64,000 nucleotides of DNA from Phaeosaccion multiseriatum. Its lineage: Eukaryota; Protista; Ochrophyta, other classes. This document shows positions 50,119 to 62,734 of this stretch, piece after piece. Below the pieces are notes generated by a model. The model was not told the DNA's origin. It worked only from the letters and a program-made list of their open reading frames with translations, and ran no database searches. The DNA lies in NCBI GenBank assembly GCA_965112735.1, contig OZ218955.1, positions 3,596,001-3,660,000 of the forward strand, given 5' to 3'. Position numbers and translations under genes: made by a program. Positions within the stretch are counted from its first letter, which is position 1; each line of letters opens with the position of its first letter.

Positions 50119-53100
50119 ACAATTGGTGCTAAGGTACAACTAGAGTTAACGCACGAAAATAAGAGGGCACAAAACATCAAAATTCCCTAGCTCCAATTCA
50201 CGTGCCACTTGCCAGTCCCCTCTCTGTCCCTCCCTCTCTCCCCCAAACACACACACAACCCCTCCCAAACACACCTGCATGATGGGCTTGATGGTTTTCT
50301 TCCAGCTGAGGTCCACGTCATCATCAATACACTGCCACTTGTCACTCCCCGGCATACGATAATAGAACCCAAACTCCGCCGCCAACCCCAGCCTTAACTT
50401 GCCCAGCCAGGTCTCCATGAAGCGCCGCTCTCGCCCACTAACAATAAAGAGCCTGTTCTTCTCATCCTTAGCGAGATTGTCCAGGGTCCTCGTCAGCAGG
50501 GGAGGGGGGCCCGCCAGTTGGGGCAGCGACTGCAGCTGCGTTAGAGTGCCATCGTAGTCACTGATGATGAGTCTGTTCTTGGCCCGGGCGTAAGCGGCCA
50601 CGCACTCGTCCACGGGCAAGGGAGTGACCTTCTTGGGCGCCGCCGCCGCCACTTCACACACTTCGACAAACTCCTGCATGAAGCTCTTGGCCCAAAACGC
50701 CGCGGTGTGCTGCGACACATAGCGAAAGAGCTTGTGTTGCCTCAGCTCCCGCTCCACGCGGCTAAGCGTCAACGACGTGTGAATGGCCGAGCTCAGCTCC
50801 TCAATGTTCCACGGGTTCACGCGCAGGGCCCCGCTGAGCGACTGCGCACTGCCTGCAAACTCGCTCAACACGAGCACACCCGGTCCGTCCCTGTCGGCAG
50901 GTGGCTCGTTCTGGGCAGCCACGTACTCATGCGAGACCAAGTTCATGCCATCCCGCACCGAGGTGACCAGACAAACATCCGCCACATTGTAGATGGCGAA
51001 CAGCTCATCCTGATCGATGCTCTGGTTGATGTAGTGCACCGGAGAGTACTCCAGCGTCCCGTAGGAGCCATTGATGCGACCCACAAGCTCGTTGACCTGC
51101 CCTGCCAACACCTTGTACTCCGGCACCTCCGTCCGGCTTGGCACCCCCACTTGGATGAGGGTGACCTTGCCTCGCCACTCGGGATGTCGGGAGAGGAACA
51201 GCTCCAGCCCCAGCAGCTTGTGCGGCACTCCCTTAATATAGTCCAGGCGGTCCACGCCGAGCAAAATCTTACGCCCCTTGAATGTATCCATAAGCTCCCT
51301 TACCCGGCCCTTGACCGAGCGCAGCGTGGTCTTGACGTGGTCCGGGTCGATGCCGATGGGGAACACGCCAAGAGACATGACGTGCCCTTTGTACTCGATG
51401 CCCCTCGGTGAGCACTCCACCTCCAGCACCCTGCTGCACGAGGAGAGGAAATGTCTTGCGTAGTCGTACGTATGGAAGCCGAGCAGATCGGCGCTGAGCA
51501 AACCCTCGAGCAGAGGTTTCCGTACCGGTAGGATGCGGTAGATCTCGGACGAGGGAAAGGGCGTGTGCAGGAACCAGCCCACCTTGATGGTTGGGTGCCT
51601 TTGCCGTAGCTCGTAGGGCAGCCTCATGAGGTGGTAATCGTGCACCCATACAAAGTCGCCATCTGCGTATATGCTGCTCACCACTTCTGCGAATTTGATA
51701 TTTGCCGTCTTGTAAGCATTCCACAGGGCCCCGTCGAACTTTTTCTCCCCTCCTGCCTTGTACATGGGCAAGGGCACGTAGTGGAACAGCGGCCATAGCA
51801 CGTCGTTGGAGAAACCGTTGTAGTAATCATCCACCAGCTGCTCGTCCAGGAATACGGGCACACAGCTCGTCTCCCTCATCAGCTGCTTGGCTACCTCCTG
51901 TTTGGTGGGAGGGGAGAAGAGAGAGGCATATAGGTGCAGGAGGGGCACGGAGAGAGGGAAGGGGGGGAGGAGAGGGCGGGCGTGTGGACATGAGACAAGA
52001 AAAGTGACGAAGCCATTCTATGGCTCTACTGGAAACAATACGAGCAGCAGAGCAAGCAGCAAGCAAACCAGACACACTGCTTTGGCCTAGAGCAAAGCAA
52101 AACCAAGAACACTGACTGCCTGACGTACTCTGACTCACTCACTGACTGACTGACCTCCTCCTCCTCCTTGGGTATGAAGACTCCCAACCAGCCCACCCAG
52201 GTGAAGTCGATCATGTCGCGCACCCCCTGTAGCGCCGTTACCAGCCCGCCACTGCTCATCTTGAACGCCCTGCATGCACGCACAGCACAGCACAGCACAG
52301 CACAGCAGTTGGTGATACAGCACCGCACAGCAAAGAGGCGTACGAGGCGTGGGGTGCACTTCTTTCCGCCTCCCCACCCCCACACACCATCCACACACCC
52401 ACGCTGTGTGCTCACCATTTGCCCGTCTTTTCGTCCTTCTTGCCGCTAATTGGCAGCCGATTGGCCACCACGATGACCCGAGTGTCATGCTTCAAGTCCA
52501 CCCCACTGCCGGGTACTTCCTCCCGCGTCTCCGGATTCGTCTCATCCACCTCCTCCTTCTTGAGCAACCACAGCTGCCGCTGCAAGTCTTGAATGTTAGC
52601 CAAAATCTCCTGCTCCGTAACGTTGAGCGGGTCGGTGGGCTCATTGACGTCAACGTCTTCTGCCACGGTCTCCTGGTGCTCTTCAGGGCCGCGCCCCCCC
52701 GAAAGCTCCGAGAGCTGACTGTCCGTGTCCAACACAAACCCAGACGGGTCGGAAGAAGCGGGGAGCCAATCAGCGCGAGCCTCCCCTTCGAGCCCTCCCA
52801 GGGCCTTGCCAAAGTCATTATTGTAGGCGACAGGACCTTCTCTGGACGCCCCCCCGCCCCCCCCCGGGCCTATGCTCCTCGCTGCGTCATTCAGCTCATT
52901 GGTTCCTGGGGGAGGGGCGATCCCCACTCTCCCGTGAGGCAAGCCCAATACCGACCTGGAAACCGCCGGAGAGGCGTTGACAGACCCCATTTGGGCCACT
53001 CTTGATGAAGAGGAGGAGGATATGTCCCCCTCGGGACCGCTGCCCCGCCGCGCAAACACGTCGGGGCCCACAGATGGCACAGGGATCTGGGAGGAGGAGG

Positions 53101-53939
53101 GAGAGGAAGGCAATGGAATGCAAGTGCATGAAAGGGGGAAGGAGACAGATATCAGGGAGGGGAAGGACGAAAACAGAATGGGCGCGGATGATGTCGGGTA
53201 GGAGATGCGAGAGGACGTGCCCATCAGTCAGGTACCTGGTGTCCGGGCCCACCGTAGAAGGGCGGTTTCCTCTCTTGCCCGCCCGCTGCCGCCTCTATGC
53301 CGCCCTGGACGATGCCCGGACTCCACTGGAACGGTACGTGCGCTGGACGAGATGAGATGAGAGCACCAGGAAGAGGAGTACATCAGCAAAAGGCGAGAGG
53401 GAAGGTGGGGGAGGCGGAGGGGTCGATGAGCAGAGCAGCAGGGAAGTAGGGCGGGCTTTCAGAAAGAAGGGAGGGAGGGAGGACAATAAAAGCAGACAGA
53501 GGCGTGGAAGGGTAGACCGTTATGCTTCCAATGAGGACGGTGGAAAGTGGCGGAATGTCCAGGAGTAGAGGGAAAGAGAAGAAGACAGAGAGCAACAGTG
53601 ATGCCACGATCCATCCAAACACTTCTACGCACTTGAGGAGCCCCCAACGGACAGGGTAGCGGGTGGAGAGCTGGGCGAAATGCGCGTAGAGAGGCCTGAT
53701 GCTGCGGCTGATCCTGCTGGTGCTGAACCGGCCGGTCTGTGAGTCGTCCCCATCGATATCTGTGCCCCTAAGGACTCCTGCAAGCTGCCGCTTCGAGTCG
53801 CAGACACGTCTTCGGCGGTAGACTCATTCCTGCTCCCAGACCTGCTCCGTGGCCTGTTATCGCTTCCGCTCCGACTCCGGCTGCCTCCCTTCCCATTGCT
53901 GCCATTACTCCCTGTGCTGCCACTTCGTCGGCCCTTCAT
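47732..53939 (-). CDS. TPS1: Bifunctional trehalose-6-phosphate synthase/phosphatase (GT20 + HAD) with long disordered N-terminus
   Basis: VIVVANRLP, SSGGLVTAL, WVGWLG, YYNGFSNDVLWPLFHY, WVHDYHLM, GWFLHTPFPSSE, GVDRLDYIKG, RDGMNLVSHEY, LSEFAGSAQSL, HAD motif I SDYDGTL, FTERTPG..IE.K and FCVGDDKSDEDAF. The 5' exons are less certain. Confidence 0.95.
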
Positions 53940-54330
53940 TCCCCCCCCCCGCCCCTTACTGACCCCCTTCCCCGCGTGCTAATAGTCTAATATCATTCGC
54001 AACCTCTCCAGTGTCTCCAGCAAGCACCCGATCTGGCTGCTTCCCCCTCTGCTGGAGAAAGTTGGGAGGGAGACAAGAAAGGGGAAGAAGAGAGAGAGAG
54101 AGCGAGATGGGAGGTACAGAGAAGAGGTTCGCGCCGTCACTGCAGCAGGAAGAGGTTAAAAGTCGTCGCTGCGTATTAAGTAAATCTGGCAAGCAGCAGC
54201 AGGGCTCCAGCACAGCTTATTGCTGCTGAAGGGGGACGACGAAGATTTTCAAGGAGGGGGGCAAGGGAGAAATTTAGAAGTGTATGGTTTTCCCGAGGGG
54301 GCTTGTCCCGTCTTTGCCAATCCCACAGCG

Positions 54331-55708
54331 ATGGCTTCTTCGCTGCGCGTGCTGCGGCCTGCTGTGCTGGCCGTGGGTGCGAGCAAGAGACATGTGCCGT
54401 TCGTCGGTGTGTGCCGCTCCCTGGCGTCCGTGTCCCTTTCTTCCTCCTCGACTACCTCCACTTCTTCTCCCTCAAACGCCACCCCTCTATGGACTCCTTG
54501 CAGCCTACAAGAGCCCGTAAAGCTCAACAATCTGGCCCCGAACAAGGGCGCAGTGAAGCAAGTGCGAAGGGTGGGGCGGGGGACGGGCAGCGGCAGGGGA
54601 AAGACGTGCGGCAGAGGTCACAAGGGACAGGGGCAGAGGGGCACGGGCCCACGCCTCGGCTTCGAAGGAGGGCAGACGCCCCTCTACCTTCGCGTGCCTA
54701 AGCGGGGACACAATAAGGGAGGCCACGACCCGCTGGAGACGGTCACGATAGACCGCCTGAGGGAGTTTGTGGCCATGGGCAGGCTCGTGCCTCCTGCAGA
54801 CGGGAGCATGATCACCATGAAGATGCTCCAGGTGTGTGTCGGGAGAACGGGAACGAAGTTACAGTGAAGTAATCGTCTAAGATATGGCACAGTAAAATGG
54901 AACACCGCTACGTCATTGGATAGCCACGACTGGCGTGCTTTGCTTGCCTCCTCACGATGCTCCTACCGTCCCTCTGTCAATGCCCTGTCACAACGTTAGG
55001 ATGCCGGCGTTGTGAACCACATCAAGCACGGAGTCAAGCTGGTCGGAAAGGACAGCTATGCCGGCAGTATCAGGAGTAGTAGTAGCAGCAGCAACAGTAG
55101 CAGCAGCAGTAGTGGCAGCGTCCCGGGCCTTGACGTCCCCCTCCACATGGAGGTCTCTCGCGCCTCTGAGTCTGCCATCGCGGCCATCGAGAAGCAGGGC
55201 GGCACAGTTACGTGCTGCCACTTCAATAGGCTGGCAATTAGGGCACATCTCAAGCCGCACAAGTTCGAGCTCCTCCCAAGGTGCGCTTTACAATCACACA
55301 CTGGGCCGGTCGGGAGAGGGGCGAGTGTGAAGCAGCTTGGGTGGATGGGCAGAGCATACACAAGCGGAAGACAGAGAGGTGCCTGGCATATCCAACTGAG
55401 CTCTAAGCCCTGCGCTGTCCTCCCCTCCCCCGCTTTCTCATCCCCCATCTTGACTGACTTGGGTACCCCCAAACAGACGAGCACGACCCAAGCCCAAGAA
55501 GATGCCCTTCTACCTAGACTACTCCAAGCGCGGCTTCCTCAACCCTGAGATCCAGCTGCGCAACCTCAAGCTCTTTGGAAAAGTCACCTCGGAGGTGCAT
55601 CAGCCGCACTGGGACCTGCTGGAACTGTCGGTTATAGATGACGACGACGACGACGAGGAGCAGGGGGGGGAGGCAAGGGATGGAAGTGGCGACAAAGCCA
55701 AGGTGTGA
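54331..55708 (+). CDS. MRPL15: Mitochondrial ribosomal protein uL15m, 3 exons
   Basis: Arg/Ser-rich transit peptide, [76 protein letters not shown]. Confidence 0.93.
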
Positions 55709-56664
55709 GGAGATTTCCTGACCAGGGGGACACACACACACACTCACACCCCTCCATCTACCTCCTCTCTGCTGTTGGCACTGCGTTGCCATGTGTATGA
55801 GAGCCAGCCACCACTGCACCGCACGGACTGCGGATGGACGTTTTCTGAGCCAAGGAGGCTTCTCCGGTATCGAGGAGAGAGGGGGTGTATAGTGTGTAGG
55901 GCTGTGCGAAACTGGAACTGAGAGCTGCCTTCCGATACTCGCAGTCGGGGACCGAGCCTTGGCCCATGGTGGGGCGTCTTTGGGAGCAGAGCAGAACGGT
56001 GATGGGTGGTGCTTTGGTCGGCGCCGTTCGAGCGTGACAGATGAACGAAGGAGGCACGTACGTGACTGATGGTCCGATGCGTCAACTCGGCGTCTCTCTC
56101 CATGCGGCGATCATTCCCACAATCCTCACGTTGGGAAGCACCCCACCCCGGAGGAGAAGCTTCCTGAGGAGGAGGTATGCTACCCTACCCGTAAGGGCAG
56201 CAGGCCCCCCCGAGCGGAGGGTATGCCCTCCTTCCTTTGGGTATTGTACCCCTCCAGCAACAGCGTGTGTCCCAATACAGTGTTGAAGTGGTGACAATCA
56301 AGCGAAGAGAGATGGCGAAGCAGCTTGGATGTCAGGAGCCACAACCTCGGCCTATGCCATGCCCGAGAGACTTGGAAGGAAGCAAGAGACCCTCAGCATT
56401 CATGGTCATGGTCACTGCCACTTCACCGCCAATCCGGTCACTGCCCACGCAAAATTAGTTTGCCGCAAACCCCTAGGGACACCACACTGTGCCCAGCTTT
56501 TGCTTCACCCCTCCCGTATATTAACGATTATATATATATATAGATACATCTAAAGGGCAGTTGTGGGTGAGGGCTCCATCCCATACCCCACGCAGTGCCC
56601 TTCCCAATTCGAGGAAGGGAAGGCAGCAGATGGCCGAAGGCGTGGATGCTACTAACTGTGCTGC

Positions 56665-56697
<33 letters not shown>

Positions 56698-56785
56698 TAC
56701 TAGTGGTGCTGTTGCTCACTCCGTTGATGCCGCCCCCACAGCACCAGCAGCAGCAGCAGGTGGTGGTGGTGTTTAGTACGAGTAC

Positions 56786-57209
56786 TCACTCTGCCGTCGT
56801 CGCCGCCGCAGTAGCAGCAGTAGCAGCAGCACCAGCAGCAGGTCGTGAGACAATGCTGTCTGCCTGCGCGAGGTGCCTGTAGAACTCCGCCGTCTCCGCC
56901 AACACACTCGATACGCTCTCGAAGCTCTTGTACCTCACTCCATGCTCCTCACACGTCCTCCGCACCACCCCACTGATGCGCCAGAGGTGCTGATGGTTGA
57001 TGGAGGGGAAGAGGTGGTGCTCAATCTGTAAGTTGAGGCCGTTACTGAGCCAGCTCCACAGCCAGCTGTCTACGCAGAAGTTGTTGGACGTTTCTACTTG
57101 CTCCACCGCCCAGCCCTGGCCCTTGGAGACAGCGAGGGATGTTGCTGCTGTATCACCAACTGCTGCTGTCGACCCAAAGCTGCCGCTGGTGCTGGTTTGG
57201 GCGTAACTG

Positions 57210-57243
<34 letters not shown>

Positions 57244-58070
57244 CGCTGCTACTGCTGCTGCTGCTGCTGCTGCTGCTGGTGTTGCTGTTGCTATCCACTT
57301 TCATGCTCGGTAGGTTGAGGTGGTTAATCTGACTGAAAAAGCCAAAGAGCAAGCCTGTAGCATGTGCACACACGTACGCAGACAGAGAGGCCGGTAGACA
57401 GTCAGGCATGCAGGCACGTAAACATTACGTGAGATCGGGACCACCACCACCACCACCACCACCACCAGCACCAGCAGCAGCAGCAACAACAACAGCAGTT
57501 GGTGATACAGCAGCACGAGGACAGTCGGAACAAGCGTCGATCACAACAGAAGACGACAGCACTTCCGCCCAACGAACTTGCAAGGCTCCTCAAGTAAGCC
57601 CTTCGTCGCCTAAGCACCCTCCTCCGTCCTCACTCAGTCGCTCATCACTCCTCACTCACCCGTGGACGCCAAGAATACAAGCGCAGAGGTTAGGCCGTAC
57701 GTGACCCCCTGGAGAGCCACGGGCCTCCACACGATGGCCCACAAGTACACGACCAGGTGACACAGCTGGCAGCAACGGCCGATAGGGGTAAAGGCCTGAG
57801 GTGGTACAGGCGTGTGAAAGGGGAGGGGAGAGGAGGGGCGGGGGCAGGCAGGGCAGGGGAGGAGAGAGTAGGTGCAGGAAAGGAAAGGGAAAGGGCAGGA
57901 GAGGAGGTCAGGGGATAAAATGTCGCGCCACACAGTGGAGGATAAGGGACAGGGACGCGCGCATACACACACGCACGCACTCCTGCCCACGCACAGACAC
58001 ATACCCACACCCACCCACGCGCATACACACCCACACATAAGCACACTCACATCCACACACACATCCACAT

Positions 58071-58134
<64 letters not shown>

Positions 58135-60991
58135 ATGTACACACACACACACACACACACACCTGAGGTACGTCAACTATGCCGTTGATGTCCCCGTTGA
58201 GCAGCGTGTTGAGAGGCAGCCACAGCGCCTCTCCGAACACAACGAAGGCGTACCACACATACACGTACACGCGGTAGGCCTGCGCTTTGTAGCGGCTCGT
58301 CCAGGGGCATTGTGGGTGCGTGCGCAGAAAGGAGAAGTGGTGCAGGTCTGGGTCCAGGTCCACGTCATTTGTGAAACTGTGGTGTGCGAAGGTGTGCTGG
58401 TGCATCCACATGAAGGGACTGCGGTGGGAAAGGGGCACAACGTAGATGCCAAAGAGGGGAGTGGAGAGAGACGGATGGACGGAGGGAGGGAGGGAAGGAG
58501 GCAAAGGGAGAGGGAGAGACACACAGAGAGAGAGGGGGGCGGAGAAGAGACTGGGTTATAACAGGGACAAACGTAAACGCCAACAACGTATGGATGGATA
58601 GTCTCCACTCCCCTCCCCTCAACTCTTCCCTCCCCCAACCCCCCTCCCCTCCCTCCTCCTCCCTTCTCCCCCCTCTCTTCCTCCCCGCTCCTCCCCGTTC
58701 CTCTCCCCTCCCTTTCCTCCCCTACTCTTACCTCGCGATGAGCATCATTCCCAGCGTGCCGAGCTTGTTGAGGAAAGGTCGGGAGCTGCAGGTGAAGTGG
58801 CTGCCGTCGTGGCCCATGGCGCCTGCCAGCCACGATAGCAAAGCGAACAGCACAGCGGCCGAGGGGAAGCGCCACCCGCCTCCACCCGTGCTGTACCTGA
58901 GAGGGAGAGATAGAGGAGAGAGAGAGGAGAGAGAGATAGAGGAGAGAGAGATAGAGGAGAGAGAGAGGAGAGAGAGATAGAGAGAGAGAGAGTAGATGGA
59001 GAGAGACGAGAGAGAGTAGAGGGAGAGAGAAACGATATATATATATATATATATATGGGATTGCGTAAAGGAGGCAGGAGTGTAAGGCCCACCGCAGAAG
59101 GAGGAAGGAGACGGAGGGGAGGGAAACATGCTTGACTTCTTCCAGCCCACATGTTTAGCTTTTTCCAGCCCCCCCATGTGGTCCGGGCTGCCATCTGTGA
59201 GTGAGCCATTTGTGTGGGACACACCAGAAACCTTCCTACCTGGGGTACGTATAGGCCAGTCCGACGACGACGGAGGCGTAGTATAGAAGCCTCCCCTTGG
59301 AGGCCTTGAGCTTTCCTCTGCCCCCTTCCCCGAGGGGGTCCATGCCCTGTTCGCGCAGAACATCCCTCACTCGGCTGCACAGGACGTTGTAGAACGGGTC
59401 CGCCTCTTGTCTGGGGGTAGTGTGAGCAGGGCAGGGGTAGCGGTTGGTGGTACAGTGGCAGAGACAGAAGAGGGAGAGAGAGAATGAGAGAGAGGGAGAG
59501 AGAGAGAGAGAGAGATGAGAGAGAGAGCGAGAGAGACAGAGAGGAGAGAGAGGAAGAGATGGAGAGAATGGAAAGAGAAAGAGGACGAGAGAAGAAAGGA
59601 GGAGAGAGAGAGGAAGAGAGGGAGGGAGAGAGAGAGGGAGAGAGAGAGGGAGAGAGAGAGAGGGGGGGGTCAGACTCATCTCCAATCTCAGGAAAGTAGC
59701 GGCAGGAGGGAGGGAAGGATGGAGGGGAAAAAACACCTCTGTGTCTCTCTTGTCTCTCTCTGCACTCCACACTCCAGAAACGACTCCGGAAGCCGGGATG
59801 TGACGCCTGCCTCACCGCCTGTTCTTTCTCCCCATGTCTGCCCCCATCCTTCCCTCCTTGCCCTCGTGTATAGACTCACCGACTCGGAACCCCATCTCTC
59901 CTCCCTACTGAAGAAGCTCCCACTCCTCCTCCTTTATGTGTTGACGCTTGTGCTGCTGCTACTGCTCCTGCCGTTGGTGATAATAACACTTGCACTGATG
60001 ACGGTGCCGTAGTGGCAAGGGGAGCGGGCTCCGAGACGACATACTGGGCCAGCACGGTACGGTGCTTGTCCGTAAATGGGTGGTATGACTCAAACAGCGC
60101 GGTGCAGTCCCGCCCCTGCCCCAGCAGTATTGCCCAAGACCCCCCGGGGTGCTGATTCACAAATGGCCGCAAGTCGTAGAGCCTCCCGTGCACGAGCCAC
60201 AAGTGCTCTGGCACTGGCACAACCTTGGCAATGTCGGCTCCACTCCGCCGCTCCGTCTCTCCTTCTGTCGCTGTCGCTGCTCCTCCTCCTCCTGGCGACG
60301 CCCTCTCCACCGTCGAGAAAAGAGGACGTGAAAAAGGCTGGGCCTCAACCACACGTGACCTCTCCGTCTCCTCTGATGTGGCGGTACTCGCGAGATTCGC
60401 CCCCGCGGTGGGGGAGCTTTGCCGCCACCTCAGGGCCAGTACAAGGAGCAGAGCTGCCAAAGCTGCTGTTGCTCCCACAGCTAGCAGAGTTGCTTGATCC
60501 CACGCCCTCCACGTGCTGATACCAAGAGAGGAAAGCGCGCATACCTCCCACCCGCCGAGGGAGAGGCCTCCCCACCCGTGCTCCGCCCCCAGCCGAGACG
60601 TCCTGCCCTGCCCCCACAGCAGCCCAGCGGCCAGAAAAGCAACGGGAAACCCCGCATACAGCGCATATAGCGCACTACAAAAAGGCGACAGCGGCCTCGC
60701 CCAGGCCGGTCCTGCAGCGTTGTTGTCAATGTGGACGTCTGACTTGGACGTCTGGGTGTCTTTGGGGCTCGGATGGGTGGGCTTCTGCTCTCGTGCAGGA
60801 GAGGGGAGGAGCAGCGCCTTTGCCCGCACCCATCGCGACCGCAGGGCTACGCACGCTTCATTCACCAGCAGCCAAGCCGCTGCCCTCGCTGAGGGTGTTG
60901 CGGTCTCTGACACATGCTTCGCAAGAGATCTCTTGACGTCCACAGCCAGAATGCGTTTGTCGAGCAAGTTGTCTTCCCCTCCCTTCCCCAT
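56786..60991 (-). CDS. Front-end (cytochrome b5 fusion) fatty acid desaturase, delta4/5/6-like; regiospecificity not determinable
   Basis: Starts MGKGG. b5 domain YDLRPFVNQHPGG...GRDCTALFESYH. His boxes GHDGSH, WMHQHTFAHHSFTN and NLQIEHHLFP (QxxHH). Confidence 0.93.
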
Positions 60992-61478
60992 CAGCGCCAC
61001 GGCACGTCTGATTCAAGCTTGCTGCTGTTTCTACGCCGCTGCGCGGCTGCTGCTCCCAATTCCCGTGGTTGTATGTGGAAGGAAGCCTTTGATCCTTCGC
61101 AAGAGACCCTGGTGATTAAATATACCGCTGCTGCCTGGAAACCCTCTTAGCGCAGCCCCCGCAAGTGATCACAGTCTGTGAGCACAACAAGTGACCACAG
61201 CAACCCCAAGGAGCGCTGACAATAAGAAACTTTGTCCCCTCCTGTTTTTGCGCGAAATGAGTGTCCTTATAATTGTCCACGGATTATGGAGCGAGCGAGA
61301 TAGTGAGGCAAATCGTCAGGAGCCCTTGATACTGCTGCTGCTAATTCTTCATAGCGATCATTGTTGCGTCCAGCTGTTTGCTGAGGGGAAGATTTTATTG
61401 TAATTGTAATTATAGTCGAGAGAGCGCTGAGTCAAATGCGAAAATGTGGTGAGTTTCAGTTTTTTTGGGCGAACCCTT

Positions 61479-61810
61479 CCCATGCCGCTCGACATCTAGC
61501 GGCCGGCCGCTCTAGGCCGCTCACTTTTCAGGTCCTAGGCGGCCTCTAGCCCGCCTCTAGGCAGCCTCCCAGTGACCGTGGGCGCGTGCGTGGTGCCGCT
61601 CAGCCAGTGGGTAGCAGCACACCTGTAGTCTGCACTCCTTTCTCCTCACTTCCAATCCCCTTCACTCTTTGCACTCTGGGCTTTCCCACCGTCCGCCTAG
61701 TTGGCTGGCGTCTGCCCTAGGCGGCGGCATATAGATAGGCCGAGGGCCTACGGCCCTCGCTAGGTCGGGCAATTTTCCCAAATAGACCTAGGCCGCTGGG
61801 CGTGCATGGG
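61479..61810. mobile_element. Possible degenerate MITE / transposon end with clustered CTAG-GC motifs
   Basis: Nine CTAG sites in ~300 bp in ctaggcggcc-like context on both strands. Imperfect inverted ends cccatgc..agcggcc / ggccgct..gcatggg. No TSD seen. Confidence 0.35.
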
Positions 61811-62734
61811 GCTGACTGTACCATCACTTGATATTGACATGGCGCCCCCCCCCCCCACCCTCCCTACAGATTGCTTGCAATAAAATGGCCACACTGGTTG
61901 CTCGGCTTGAAGCCGTGACCACGGATTCGGCCCCTGACAAGGTTCTGAGGCGACCAACAGAAAACTTGGGTCACCTCTGAACCTTGTCAGGGGCCAAACG
62001 GGTACCTCCCCAAGGACCGGCCCCGATTCCCTGGGAGGACCCCCTGGGGGGGCATGAGTGCAATTAAACCAGGATGGGAGCATGGCGATCCTCGACAGTC
62101 CTCGACGGCTAGATGGTGCCGTCCAGCACTCGGGTCGTCAACGAGGCGTAGGTGCTGGCCTGGGAGGGGACCGAGGGGGGGCGCTGAGGAGGAAGGGGGG
62201 GCAGAGAGAGGCCCCATCACCCAGCTACTCCGCCACTCGGGGTGAGGCAGGGAGGGACAAGCGCAATCACAGCAGTCAGCCGCTCGAGCGGCGCCCATCA
62301 CTGCTTGCCTCCCACTCGTCGCGGTTTGTCTGAGATGCAGCGGGAACGAATGTCGAAAGAGAGGGGCTGAGGGGAGCGAGGGGCGCAAGGAATGGAGACT
62401 TTCTTGTGGAGCAAAGGAGAGACACCCAGAGCTGCGCCTCTGCTGCTGTTGCTGCTTGCGGACGATTGTGTATGACTCGCTGCGAAGAGAGAGAGAGAGA
62501 GAGGATGAGAGGAGATCTTTTTCTTTATCATGAATTGCAAACGATATATACTACACCCCCTCTCTCGGGGGGGCTGAGGGGAGATGAGCACTGCGGGCCA
62601 GTAACTGGAGGAGCCAATACCCTTGTCATACCATGTAAACTCTAAACATGGCACTGGACAGGCCAGTGTCTTTCTAATAACGATCAAACTAATTACACTA
62701 CTCGATTCCTTGCCTATATGCCCTATCACCTGTG

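Noticed and set aside
55820-56550. Short ORFs between MRPL15 and the desaturase
   Set aside because: No recognisable product; likely UTR or intergenic DNA.
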